Assembly: GCF_009914755.1 (NCBI RefSeq) | Contig: NC_060937.1 | Source of the DNA: the human T2T-CHM13v2.0 reference genome, Homo sapiens | Length of the DNA stretch: 64,000 nt | Direction: 5' to 3' (one strand) | Shown: piece by piece, positions 1-13,849 of the stretch | Layout: each line of letters begins with the position of its first letter | Numbering within the stretch: position 1 is the first letter of the stretch | Position numbers and translations under genes: made by a program | The notes under the pieces: generated by a model | Told to the model about the DNA's origin: nothing | The model's database searches: none | What the model saw: the letters and a program-made list of their open reading frames with translations, nothing else

Positions 1-1109
1 CAAAAGTGTCTTGAAGGCTTGAAATCCCACAAATAAGCCATAAACTGTATTAAACATGAATGAACCATAAAGCTCTTCAAAACTCAAATTTGGAGTCATT
101 AAAATCGCTTTGAATTTGTACTACTTTTGTTGGTAATTAAAACGTTTGCAGAATCTCACTAGTGGGAACAATTGTAGAGTTATTGTTTCACAATGACGTT
201 AGCACATCCCTTAAACAAAAGCTGCAGCCACAGTAGACATGGTAGAACCTGAGCAATCTGAGTGACAGATTGACTTGTTCTCCAATTTGTCTGGGTGAAG
301 AGCATTGAACAATTAGGCATACTTTTGAGGGACTGGAAAACCACTCCCTGTTCCATCACTGGGGCACTTAAAATTCAGAAATTTTAATTTGGGAGTAAGA
401 ATTTCATTGCTTTTTTATCCAAGTAGAATCTAGGTTTAGACATTTTTACCAACTTATTAGAATAATTTCAAGGATAGACTATGTATATTAAAAAACACCA
501 AATTGTGATGGAGATATTGTAAATGTAAAAATAATGAGCCAATTAATATATCCAAAAATAAGCACATGAAAATTGGCTCTGATGGAAATTTTTAAAAATA
601 ACCAATTGCCTGATTATTGTAATTACATGTTTCCCTTTCTTATTCTGCCTCCTGTGGAAAACAAACAACAAAAAAATACAGAGAAACTACACAATTAATA
701 ACTATTAATGATTAATAATGGTTTATAAACCATTTGAAATCTTCCTGAAATACAGTAGATAATAAATAAAGTACTAAATTATATTAACTCCAATTCAAAT
801 TACAAGGTTTCCCCTAATATTTTTAATGAGTAGACCTTAAATCTTACCTTATAACTTAAGATTAATATATAGCCTCTTATTGCTGACATGTTTTGTCCAT
901 ATGTGTATGTATATTGTCCTTTTACCAATACATCTCAATTGGTGATAATGATTTTTGTGTCAATAAAGATAATTACTGTTGTATGTTTTCCAATATAAAG
1001 GAAAAACAAGGAGCCTATAATAATAATTCAAGAAAACTCAATTAACTATTTCATGCATACCTGGTTTCTGTACCCAGGACTCCAAAGTCTTATGTGAAGA
1101 AGATGTCGA

Positions 1110-1391
1110 GGTTGGGTGTGGTGGCTCAAACCTGTAATCCCAGCACTTTGGGAGGCCGAGGTGGGTGGATCACGAGGTCAGGAGTTCGAGACCAGCCTGG
1201 CCAACATAGTGAAACCCCATCTCTACTAAAAATACAAAACTTAGCTGGGCATGGTGGCGGGTGCCTGTAGACCCAGCTACTGAGGAGGCTGAGGCAGGAG
1301 AATCACTTGAACCTAGTAGGTGGGGTTGCAGTGAGCCATTGCACTCCAGCATCGGTGACAGAGCAAGACTCCATCTCAAAAAAAAAAAAAA
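1110..1391 (+). mobile_element. Alu SINE, AluS (Sg-like), small deletion in right arm
   Basis: GGTTGGGTGTGGTGGCTC...CCTGTAATCCCAGCACTTTGGGAGGCCGAGG, A-rich linker, poly(A) tail; TSD GAAGAAGATGTC on both sides. Confidence 0.95.
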
Positions 1392-4300
1392 GAAGAAGAA
1401 GATGTCCAAGGATAGACAGAGGATGATGAGTAAGGGATGACAATCATCTTTGATCAATCTTTGCCAGGTTAGTCATGAAACTGATTCTTCTGAAAAGCTA
1501 GATACACTTCCATTTTGTCCTTCGTCTTTGAAGTTAATGCCTGGTCAATTTTCAAAGCCAAAATAATAATCACTACCTGTAACAAGGCTGCCTGACGCAT
1601 TCTAGGGGACACCATTGTATTATGGACTATATGAATGGCTGGAGTTTTGCAGTGCATGTTCTGTACTATTTGTCTGGAGGATCTGATCCATTTCTATGCT
1701 GGATATTTGCATCCATTATTTGGCTAATTAATTCTGAAAAGTAGGTCATATTTTACCTGAAGTTAAATGACTTGCCCAAGGGTCTTGTTCCTTTTGCCTA
1801 TGGGCATGACAGTTTATAACTTCTCTACAAGACTAACATCACTTCAAAATTGATCTTAAAAAGAGAAAAGTATACATCCTGAAAAGGATTTTTTAAATGG
1901 AAAGAGGGTGCTGTGCTCTTGGCATTCTCAACTTCCAGACAGCATTTGGCTCTAGAAGAGTTTATCATCTTTCTTTGCTAAAAAAGACACATACCATATT
2001 ATGGAAGGCTCTCAGGGGCCCAGACAGTCACATGTTAAATGAATATAACCAGACCCTTTAGAGCTGAAAGCTCTCTTGAAACTAGAGATGTATGTGAGGA
2101 ATTTCAAAATAGCTATATATGAAAACTTTAAATGTGTGGGAAACTTTAACAGCAAGTTCTCATCTCCTAAATATGTGTGACAGCACACTGACATCCATGA
2201 ACTATGAGTAATAGGGCTGCTATTATGTTTCATTGCCATATACATACATCTATTTTTAATATGTTCCAATATAATTTTCAGTTCAAGAGAATGCATGCCA
2301 CTTCTCTTTAATGATAATGATGAATAGAATATTGATTAGAAAACAGTCTGAATAACAGGTAATTGATAGGGGTAGGAGATGTGGCATTTTCCATCTTCTT
2401 TTTACATAATAACTACAAATTTCCAAACTGCAACAATATATATATCAGGCACAATCAAGAAAATGAAATATATAAATTAATTTTTAAATTAAATGTCTGA
2501 TGCTTAAATAAACATAGCCTTATAATTGTGTACTACAAATAAATTTGATGTATTTACCAGTTGAAGAAAAATAGTATCATTTGCACGGAGATAGAGGATA
2601 CTGATTAGTGTTTATGGTAAGAATTTTGAATGTGTCTTTCAATTTGTTTCTTGGATGGAAGGTACATGCACTTCTGAAATTATGACATTCACAAAATACA
2701 CTGTTAAGGTTCTTATTTACTCTGATACTATTGAGTCCAATAGCATGAGAAATGCCCACTTCTGTTAGCTAAACTGAGAAAGGCCACAATTTCCTATTAA
2801 GCTTTGTATAGTTTTATGAGAAAATAAAGATAAAAGGCATGAGGAAATGAACGAGATTGACCTTCTCCATTTTCCAATATGCCATTGCAGGCATTCTGTG
2901 TCCACCTTACTTTTGCTTTTCTCTGCAACTCTAGTTGTACCTTTTTATTTTCTTTCTGCTGTTTACTTTGAATGTGTGCTTCAGAGCGTCCTGCATGCAT
3001 TGCTTGGCCATTGCACTATGACTGGCTTAAGTAAGTTGAACAAACAACTATTTGTAGAAACTAGAATCCTGGTTGATATGGATTTATTTCAAGCAAGAAG
3101 ACCAAAATCATCTCTTAATGGATTATAGTGGCCTGCGAGGACCTTTAAAATAAGAAGCCATATTACTCATTTAATTAAGGCTTTGATGAAAGTGCTTAAG
3201 ATTTTTCCTACAACTGTGCCATGTTTTCTAATCTTCTGAAGTACATTAAAGATAGATAGCCCCCGTTCTCAAAGGTACTTCAATTAAAAACAACAGGAGC
3301 ACCATAATCCTTGGTAGAAAATACTTGGAAAACTTGATAAAAGGAGTGAAAGGAAGACAATCAAAGTTCAACATTCATCGATTTATTTTTAGAAAATGCA
3401 ATTTAATTAAGTATAGTCTCCATCTCTTTACCTGCTTTCACTACATCTTGAGAGACTCGGGAAAGCTTTTTTTACAATAGAAGATGAGTGAATAACAATT
3501 TCTGTGAAAAAATATGTTTCTTCTTAAAAATTATTGGGGCCATTCTTCCTAGAAAAAGTAGGTGAACAAATATAATTTTTTATAAAATGTTCCTATTTTG
3601 TGAAAATGTTGATTGGTAGGACTCTATACTCTAGAAATAGCTTTGTCAAAACATTATATTTATTTTGGATGTCTTTACAGAACATTTGAATTTGCTGTTA
3701 GTCTCAAAGCTTTTTCTAAGATCAGCTTTTCCTTAATAATCAAGCAGAAGTATGTTTTTAAAAGTACTCGGAATTATGCAGCCTTAGACTTGAAGCAACA
3801 CTGAAAACTCACTTGATGTCATGCTCCTCAAACTTCTTATATTTTCAGACTAAAGATATCTACAACTTGTGCCAGATTACCAACCACTTTTTTACCTGGA
3901 CAAACAACTTGATACGTCATAGGATATCAGTGAATTTCCTGTTCTTAATATTTGCAAATAGCAACAAAATGCAATCTAAGTTAAGGAAAATGCTAGTGCT
4001 TCATGTAATATGGCTAATGCCTGCTAAATAGTCTTCGAATATATCTTCATGACCAATGGAATGTCTGAGTGGATATATACCTTATTATTATCATTATTAT
4101 ATTTTTCATATGTTAGCTTTTTCATCATTAATGAGCTGAATATTCTTGACTTTTGGCCTACAGTAGACAGAAGTTGTTCTGAATAGTGGTATCTGGTCGG
4201 GCTTGGTAAAATGATCACCCATGTTTTCTGAAAGCACTGTGACCATAAAGAATGATTTGGGTCATTTCATGACAGTTTTTTCCCATATATTAGTTTCCCA

Positions 4301-4789
4301 TAGCTTCTAAGCCGTTTTCAGACTACAGCTTCACATATTACTTTAAAAACAAAATTAAAATTCATATACCACATATTTACTTAGAAATGACTTCAAAACA
4401 GAGCCAAAGAGATTGTCAGCATTTTCCCATTCTGCATTTAATCCTCATGGTTAACATTATAATAGTCAACACTTCCATCACACAATAATTCTCAGAGGTA
4501 GAGACATGGGGGTTTGGAGTAGGAGAGAGAGGAGGGGAAGTAAAGCACCCCTCGTAGGAAGCCATATTAGAATTTCAGATTGTGGACTGGACAGTTTGAA
4601 AGAAAGAAAAACAAATTTGAATTCTACACATTCTGATACTTTATGAAAGGATTATGCTTATTTCCTTCCTATCTGCCACTGTAAAGTTCACTGTTTTAGC
4701 AATTCTCTAGTTCACATAAAACCTGTTTTTGTTTTAGTCTGTCCTCCAAAAGAACTCACAGTGATAGTTTAAATTCCAAGTGCACTTGG

Positions 4790-4793
<4 letters not shown>

Positions 4794-4839
<46 letters not shown>

Positions 4840-4842
4840 ACA
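4794..4842. repeat. (CA)n microsatellite
   Basis: ~24 CA units with one interruption. Confidence 0.97.
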
Positions 4843-5261
4843 TGAAATATCAATGGTTTTCAGTAAAGATATAATGACATTCTGGCCAGTTACCCAATAC
4901 AGAGGTCAGATATGAGATGGGACAAAAGGAAGCTGCTACTGGAGGTCTCCAGTATCTACAAGAGTTCTTGTAGATAGCTAGATATGGAAGTAATATGGCC
5001 CGCAGTGCCTTTCCCATTAGTTGAAATGTGCATAAATTCATGGGAAAATTGTTAGAATCTCCCACAATGGACTTTCCCTACCTTCCCCCTCAGACAATAG
5101 ATAAGAGAAGAAAACTAGTTAGGTGATGAATTTTCTCCTTCTATAAGCATGACATGTGGCTTCTGTAATGTGCCCTTGAATATATAAAAGGGAGTCATTT
5201 TTCCTGTATGTATTAAAGCTCAAAAGAAACTTTTAATTATACATAATAAATAAGTAAATAG

Positions 5262-5590
<329 letters not shown>

Positions 5591-5601
5591 TTCAAATACA
5601 T

Positions 5602-5900
5602 ATCGAGTGTCCATTGTATGTCAGGCCCTTTTCTAGGTTCTAACACTAGCGTAGGGATTTAATCCCTTAGGAAATTACTGCCTGCATGAAATTTATAGTC
5701 TAATGAGAGTTTGGGGAAAGAAGTCACACAGTAAATCAAATGAATAAGTAAAATACATAATTTGTCAGATTGTGAAAGGTACTATGAAGAAAAAATAAAA
5801 TGAGGAAAGAGATCGAGAGAAGGGTTTTCATTGTATGGGGCAGTCAGAGAAGGCTTCACTGAATTGGAATTAAAAACCTAAAGCAGGGGAGATAAATCAT
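5602..5900 (-). mobile_element. L2 LINE 3' fragment
   Basis: Resembles reverse complement of the L2 3' end (GAGTGTCCATTGTATGTCAGGC...TTTATAGTCTAATG...GTCAGAGAAGGCTTCACTGA). Confidence 0.65.
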
Positions 5901-6436
5901 GGTGTTCCCCTTTATTTGGGACTTCACCATCCCCTTTCAATTACAAATGATCTAAGTCATTGAAGAATTGTTTCCAATAACCAGTAAGACAGTTGTAAAA
6001 CACCTTTAAAATTACAAATCACTAGAGAATACTATAGTGCAGTAAAATGATGCCAGATTAGAGGACATAAAGGAGTAATCACCTAAAGTAAACATGTAGC
6101 TGGAACTAAATTATTTACTTTAGAAACATTTCAAATGCCAGAGTCTAATTCCATGGACAAGTGTTTTCTTAAAGCATTGTGCGGCAATTAAGGATAAAGA
6201 CTGGAAAAAGTCAAGGTCAAGAAGCATTGTTCTGTAATTAGGCCAGAGTTATGGCAGCTTTTTGCTGGGAGGAATTCAAAACATGATCAGAATGATAAGT
6301 GGGGCTGAAATTGATAAACAGTTTAATATTACAATTGCTCTGTTGTACCATGACAGTATCACATTTGCTAAACAATGCAAATATTTTATGAGATAAAATC
6401 TCCTGATCATATTTCAAAGCTTTTAGTAGAAAGCAA

Positions 6437-6467
6437 GTGGCAGTTCAGCTTGTGGCAGTTCAGCTTG
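6437..6467. repeat. 15-bp perfect tandem duplication
   Basis: GTGGCAGTTCAGCTT twice. Confidence 0.9.
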
Positions 6468-6858
6468 CAAGATACATTAGATGAATTTAATGCTAATTTC
6501 AAAGAACAATTCTAAAATGATTGAAAAATAAATTCAGGTACAAAAAGAATAAATACAAGACTCAAACAGTCTGATGCCTAATTACAATCTGGGACATTGT
6601 GGCTAATTTTGAGGCAAAGCTTCAAAAGGTCATTTACTTTACGTAGAAAACTATCTCGTTTAAAAGAGAAAACTGTGTGGTTAACAAGAATGTTTCTGGA
6701 AAGGGAAATAAGGAGTTGTTATGGTTTTTCATTAGTTTTTTTATATGTTTGCAATTAGAAAAACATGATGCTATTGATTTTATAATTATTGAAGAAACCA
6801 AATAATGTACCTAATATATCACAAAGTTAGTTTTTCTATTATGTTTGAACTTTTGTAG

Positions 6859-7178
<320 letters not shown>

Positions 7179-8129
7179 CAGAATCTTCTTAATCTGGTCT
7201 TCTACAAGACATGGAGTCACAGGGCAAGTTATTTAATCCTTGTTAGAATGTGGTCTCCTGTTTCTCATGCTCATGCTCATCTCACATATTTTCTTTGTCA
7301 TTACTTCTCTTACAAACCTGGGATTCAGTGCTCTTCCTTAGACGTAATATAGACAGCATAGCCCCGCCCCTGAGTTTAAATTATATTGTATTAATCTCCC
7401 TATATCTATGTTTGCTTTCTATAATTTCTGTGTCCATCCTCTGTTGCATAAATAACTTTATTGATTGGTTATTAGTTTTGCTTTTTTCCATAAACCAGTA
7501 AATGCTTACCCCCAGCACTCTTACTCTACTTAAATAGTGTTAGCATGACCTACTTGTTGAACTTTCCATTAGTCTTTATACACATCCCTAATTCTCCAAA
7601 TCTCTGGCAAATTCTCTCTCATCTTACCTTGTTGTATCAAATTATGACTCCTCCCAATTTTATAGTTTTCACTATTTAAAAAGAACTATATTTACATATT
7701 ATATTTTTATTCCAGTAAGAACAGAGTCAGAAAATGAGACAGAACTAAAAAAATGTAAATAACAAATGTAGAATTGTCTTGAGAGTTGCTTGATTAGCCA
7801 TATCCTGTGTCAGGATTAATTCACCCTCCATAGGTCCTTGGCTGGATTGTTTTATAAGAAAGAACATGTACCAAGTTTGATATTTGACATAAATAAATAC
7901 TTTGTGGTGTCTATATTTTTATTCGTGGAGATCTGTCTTCAAACTGAAAATTTAGAATGAACATTTCAAAGTAGGAACAAGATGGAAATATGATTCCATG
8001 TAAAGTGTGCCAAATAAGCTCAATTTAAATATAAATATTGTTGAGTTTAACTCATTTGATGCTGGCCTTACTTCTATTTTGATGGCCTTTCTAGGTGAGA
8101 AGAAATCTCCTATAATTCATTAAATGATA

Positions 8130-8620
8130 GAGAGTTTGAAGAAGTTGGCCCTAAAATACAAATGGCTGATTATCATGATCTATGCACTTTTGTTTATGCC
8201 ATGTTTCAAGGGAAGGTTACAGGCATTGTGTGATTAGAATTTAGGAAACATTTTTCAAGTATCTCTTGATAGCCTTGTGAACAAGATGGATAAATGTGGG
8301 CCAGATGACAAGACAGACAAGTGGTTTTGTATCTGATGGAACAGTTGTCTCCGGATGGGTTGATTAATGTGGGGATATCAATGGAGAGGCTGACACCTCA
8401 TGTCATGCCTCTGGGTGCTGTTCTTGGCCGTGTCTATATAGCTCATCACTGTTATCAAAGATCTTCACACTGATAAGAAGCATGCTCATCAAATTTGCTA
8501 ATGATGACAGACTTGGAGAAAATTAATAAAATGGTGACAGAATCAATATTCAAGTGCTTTCAACAAGCTGGAAGTATGGATGCAAACAAACCAGATGAAT
8601 ATTACCAGTAAAATATGGGT
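8130..8620 (+). mobile_element. L3/CR1 LINE fossil, reverse transcriptase region
   Basis: Colinear decayed RT motifs: LEFRKHF (~LDFSKAFD, ~8235), LVNKMDKCG, PLGAVLG (~PQGSVLGP, 8408), LIKFAND (~LIKFADD, 8485-8505), then W...NQM; broken by frameshifts. Confidence 0.85.
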
Positions 8621-9989
8621 TTCCAACATTCCCGTCTGCAGTACTTGTGTACGTAACTGAAGAAGATACTTCAGAGCATGTTTCACTATGGAAAAATGAG
8701 TGGGTAGATCTACACGGAGGGAGAAATTTTAGGGGTCGTGTACAGGATTCCACAGAGAATATGAAGAAGGCCTGAAGTTACAGGAAAAACGTGGAGGTAC
8801 AGAAATAAAAGTAGTTGTAGTTAGCTACAAGCAGTGATTTAGAGAAATGGTGGTCTATGAGTAGAAGAATAACTTCCAAGAGTCTATCATGAGCAACAGG
8901 GCCCAGAGATAGAGACTGCAGGTAGAGAGGATATCTGTGCTGGCAAATATAGAAAGATCTTGGTATGTGAGACACTGAAAGGTCAAGTAGACAGGTGTAG
9001 GTATCACAGACCATGGGGTAGAGGAGTTACACCAAAGCTATGGTGTCTGAAAGACCTAAGCTTGAATTTCTATCTCTAATGCTTACAATAAGTGTTTTCC
9101 TTAAAAAAATGAAATAATAAAAAAATTAAAAAACGATATAATGTGGCCAATACTATTCATCCTAATAGATAAAAATAACAAATCACTAAATGGAGACTTT
9201 GAAATGTATTATCTTAAGGTATTCATCATTAGACTAACATTTTTCTCTAATTTTCATTATTTTTTACTGTGGCTCTTACAGTCTATTTCCTTGTTCCAAT
9301 TTTCTTTGTTTATAGGTTTTTGCTTTAAAAAAATTTAAATTTGCCTGTGATTTGTCTGTTTTATTGTACTCTTCTATGAGCCAACTCTTTGTTTATATTA
9401 TTCTGATTTTTAATGGCTTCTAATATATTTATTGTTCCTTTCATCTTTATTATTTCCTTCCTTTTATTTTCCTTTCTAACAGATCTTAAGAATTAAAATT
9501 TATTATTTTTCCCTTTTTAACTAATAGAAACAATTCAAGAATGTCTCCCTGTGTACTATTTTGACCAATATTTAATATCCCTTGCTTTCATTGGTATTGT
9601 GTGTATGGTGAGTTTACTTCAATCCTGATCAAACTGATACTTAGAAATACTGAGCAGAAGGTTTTTTTAAGTTTTCTGCTGATACTGAATGGCATTAATT
9701 TGTAATTTTACTGACTTTACGTTAGTGAAATTAATGTATAAAATACATTTCTAATTTTGTATATATTGAATTTTGGTTTTCTGGCGAATACAGCAAAAAT
9801 ACTTTAGAGTACAGATTTATTCCCTGCTGGAGGAGGTTTAATTCCTTTTATACTGTGTTTCAGATTATTCTCAGTTTTTGCCAATGTGTTTGTCACTAGA
9901 TACATCTTCTGTGGTTGATTTTCCTCTCCCGGCGGTTAACATTGTTGACCTTTCCACATGGGAGGTCTCTACCCGCTTGACTTCCATGG

Positions 9990-11277
9990 CCAGTGTTTTT
10001 CCTGACCTCTGACTTTTCTCATCACTGTTTCTTCTTCACTCTTTTATCTTCCTCAGCTCAGTCCTTACATTGAGGAAGCTCGTCTCTACCCATGAACTGC
10101 TGCCTTCAACCTGCTTTTCTAATCTATCCCCTTGAGTTTCTCCATCCCCGTGCATTCCACTTCTTAGTGCCCACTGACCTCTCTTCCCAGGAAATCAAGT
10201 GGACTTCTCTGCCTGGATTCCTACCAGGACCTTCAACTCACGATGTTCACATCTAAACTCCTTGTCTTCCTCCAAACCTGCTTTCCCTAGTCTTTTTTTT
10301 TTTTTTTTACAGTTGATCAATTCCTCCACTTTTATAAGTAAGAAAAATAGGGTGTTGTCACCTCATCTGACATCAAGCACTGTCAAATTTTGTAACATAA
10401 ATATATCTCTCGGCCAGGCGTGGTGGCTCACACCTGTAATCCCAGCACTTTGGGAGGCTGACGCAGGTGGATCACGAGTTCGAGACCAGACTGGCCAATA
10501 TGGTGAAACCGTCTCTACTGAAAAAAAAATACAAAAATTAGCTGGGTGTGGTGGAGCATGCTTGTAGTCCTAGCTGCTCAGGAGGCTGAGGCAGGAGAAT
10601 TGCCTGAACCCAGGAAGCGAAGGATGCAGTGAGCCAAGATCACATCTATCTCTGCACTCCAGTGTGGGCAACAGAGCAAGACTCTGTCTCAAAAAAAAAA
10701 AAGTATATATATCTCAAATCCATTTCCTTCTCTCCATTTCCTCCTCTCCACCTCCACAGTGGGGGAACATAGCTCATTTCCAAAAGCCTTCCCAACTCCA
10801 ATCTGAGCTCAGGTCAGTCAGTTCCCCAGGCTCACAGGTGAGTCCTCCATTTACATGCAAATCCAGCTCATTCCCTGGACAAACCCGATCTTAGGCTCTC
10901 AACTCTCTACAGAAGAGAGTTCAGAATACTTACATTGCTTACCTGACTTCCTTTGTTTGTAATTTTTTCCTTTCAGCCTTCCAGCCTCAAATCTCACTAT
11001 TCTTCTTCCTGCTCTTTATATTCCAGATGTTTTCTCAAGTCCCTCTATGTCCCATGCCTTTTCACCATTTCCTTCTTCTGCCTGGAATGACTCCTTTTTT
11101 TGACCTTTATCTGACCTAAATAAACTTCATCATCCTTTAAATGTCTCCCCAAATATCTTCATCTGTGACCCTCTCTGATACTCCCTCCTCTCATCACCTC
11201 GTTAAGTCACTGACTTCTCCACACTAGGTCTTTACCTTGCATATACTTCTTACTGTTTCTATTATTATTTACCAAAT
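9990..11277 (+). mobile_element. L2 LINE (interrupted by Alu and Tigger5)
   Basis: Pyrimidine-rich L2-like sequence (CTTCAACTCACGATGTTCACATCTAAACTCCTTGTCTTCC, TTCCTTCTTCTGCCTGGAATG); resumes after Tigger5. Confidence 0.7.
10412..10702 (+). mobile_element. Alu SINE, AluS
   Basis: GGCCAGGCGTGGTGGCTCACACCTGTAATCCCAGC..., poly(A); TSD-like ATATATCTC on both sides. Confidence 0.95.
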
Positions 11278-11279
11278 TA

Positions 11280-13615
11280 CAGACAGTCCAAACTTACAAT
11301 GGTTTGACATAACTACTTTTTGGCTTTACAATGGTGCAAAAGTGGTACACATTCAGAAGAAACTGTACTTCAAATTTTGATCTTTTCTCTTTTGAGATGA
11401 TAAGCAGCAGTAGGAAGCCACAGCTCCCAGTTACCCACAGGATCAGGAGGGTAAGCAACCAATATGCTAGTGTATTGTGTTGCCAGCTTTTTTGGATATG
11501 ATGTTTTTTGTTTTCCCATCCTACGATGTCTATGTGCCCATCTGTATCATCTGCTTCTGATGATAAGAAGAAGAAGACAGTTATTTTTGAGACGAAACTC
11601 AAAATAATTGCCCAGCATGAAAGCAGCAAGCCAGTAATGGCCATCACATGTGAGTTAGGACTTTCACAATCCATGATTTTGACCATCATGAAGGATAAGA
11701 AACAAATCAGTGATAATGAAATTGTCAGCATCAGTGAAATCCACTCTTTTCATGAAGAAAAGAGCTAGGCTGATTGATGATTTGGAAACCTTAGTTATCA
11801 CATGAGTGGAAAGCCAGATTCAGAACCACATACCGCTTAGTCTAATGATGAGTCAGGCTAAGATAAGAAGCTGTTTTGATATACTACAAAAGTGTACCAA
11901 TGATCTTATGCACATGCAAACATTTATAGCAAGTCAGGGTGATTCCAACTCTTCAAAAGCTGTCATAATTGTAGGTGTCACAATGCGAAGGTCAGTGGTG
12001 AGGCAGGAAGTGCCAGTACAGAAGGTGCATAGGATAATTGCAGATGATAAATATTTGCCAGAACAAATATTTAATGTTGATAAACTGAGCTTATTCTGGA
12101 AGCTTATGTCGGAGCATACATACATTCATGAAGAGTCCAAGACAACGCCAAGATTCAAGGCATTCCCAGAACATGTAAGGCTGCTTTTCGGTAGAAATGT
12201 TGCAGGGTTCAAATTAAAGCCTTTCTTAATCTACCACTCAGAGAACCCTAGAGCATCAAAAAATGTGAGCAAGCATACACTTCCAATTTATTATCACCAT
12301 AACAGGAAAACCTAGATGAAATCAGCATTGTTTGAAAATTGATTTTTGAACTGTTTTAATCCACAAGCAAAAGAATATTGGAGGCAAAACAACATCATAT
12401 TCAAGACTCTTCTGATCTTAGACAATGCCCAAAGGTGTCTATGGCATAGCAGCAATATGCATCTTGATGTAAAGATTTGTCATGGAACACAACCAAACTC
12501 ATTTAACCAGTGGACCAAGGTGCAACAGCTGGGTTCAAAGCCTACTCTTGACACCAAATGTTTGTACAAGCTGTTAAAGTGATGGAATCTGGACCAATGC
12601 TCTGAGAGCTTTGGAAAGGGTTTAACATTCTAAATCCTGTCCAGAACATCCCTGAACCATGGAAAGAAGCCTTACGGCAATTCATGAACAGGATTTGCAA
12701 GAAAATTTTGAAGACATATGTGAACATGTTCAAAGGCTTTTAATAAATATTCTGCTGTTAATGAAATATTAAGTAATAAAGTCTTATTACTTGAGGAACA
12801 GCTCGAATTAGACACTGATGAAGAAGATATTCATGAGCTTGTTGGCATTGAGGCTGAAGAGTTTTCCAGTGAGGAGCTGATTGAACTGGCAGAAGAAAGA
12901 AGTAAAGAAGTTGAGGCCAAAGGGAGGTAGAAGAAGATATACCTGAGGCATTAATAAAGTTTACAGAAAAGAAATTGGTGGAGGCCTTTGCCACTATCAG
13001 CAGTGGCACCGGGATGTTAAAAGAAATGAACATCAATGACAAGAGATGTGAAAGAGCTGACAGGCAGCTACAGGACGCTCTTGCTTGTTATAGGGAAATA
13101 AATAATGAAAAGAAGAGACTGTACAGTCAAACCTAGTATCTTCCTGAAACACACTATGCCTACTAAACCATCAGCAAGTGTCAGTGCCCCAGTGCCTTCT
13201 ACCAGCTATTCTCCAGCCTCATCAGAAGAGAGAGAAATTGATGGCCCTGTCGCTGTCGCATTCCCATCATCCAGCAATTAATTTTAGTTCAATTCCTCAA
13301 ATGTTCTTCAGGCCCAATCAATGTGCTTTTGGCTGCGTATGTGACTACCCATACAACCATTCTGTTTTTCACTTTTAGGGCAGTATTCAATAAATTACAT
13401 GAGGTATTCAACACTTCATTAAGAAACAGGATTTGTGGAGATGATTTTACCTAACTGTGGGCTAATGTAAGCATTCTGAGCATGCTCTAGGTAGGCTAGG
13501 CTAAGCTATGACATCTGCTAGATTAGATGTGTGACATGCATCTTCAACTTACCATTGTTTCAACCTACAATGGGTTTACCAAGGCATAACCCCATTGTAA
13601 CTCAAGGAGCCTCTG
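11280..13615 (+). mobile_element. Tigger5 (MER47 family) pogo/Tc1-mariner DNA transposon, near full length (2336 bp)
   Basis: Terminal inverted repeats CAGACAGTCCAAACTTACAATGG ... CCATTGTAACTCAAGGAGCCTCTG, TA duplication on both sides, ends match the MER47 consensus as I recall it, internal transposase remnants. Confidence 0.9.
11526..13120 (+). pseudogene. Decayed Tigger (pogo-family DDE_1/CENP-B-like) transposase
   Basis: ORF pieces 11508-11768 (CENP-B-type HTH: KKKTVIFETKLKII...ELGLSQSMILTIMKDK), 11806-12315 (YLPEQIFNVD, KLKPFLIYHSENPRA), 12346-12582 (LLILDNA) and LI*PVDQG at ~12498-12521; several frameshifts and stops. Confidence 0.88.
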
Positions 13616-13617
13616 TA

Positions 13618-13750
13618 TTCAGCAGTTACCTGTTTAGATGCCTTTCTTCTTTCCTAGACTGCGGGCCTTTCAGGGGAGGGTCTTATTCACATCTGTATTC
13701 ACAGTGCTTAGTGTAGTGCCTGGCTCATAGTATGACTTGATAATAGATAA
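13618..13750 (+). mobile_element. L2 3' end (continuation of element split by Tigger5)
   Basis: CTAGACTGCGGGCCTTTCAGGGGAGGGTCTTATTCACATCTGTATTCACAGTGCTTAGTGTAGTGCCTGGCTCATAGTA matches the L2 3' terminus. Confidence 0.8.
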
Positions 13751-13849
13751 TGTAAAAACAAAAATGTTTTAAAGTACAGTATTTGCTTGATGAAAATATG
13801 ATGTTGTGACTTGCTTCTGATTGACTGTCTTTTATAATGGTATGATAAT

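Noticed and set aside
1170-1457. 95-aa ORF (likewise 10199, 17463, 46846, 46953, 58044, 58072 and 61643 ORFs)
   Set aside because: Translations of Alu sequence
4776-4789. Perfect 14-bp palindrome CCAAGTGCACTTGG (two inverted NKX2-like sites)
   Set aside because: Several 7-bp-arm palindromes are expected by chance in 64 kb
11806-12315. Functional TIGD-like gene
   Set aside because: One fragment of a frameshifted, stop-containing transposase that still lies between its TIRs
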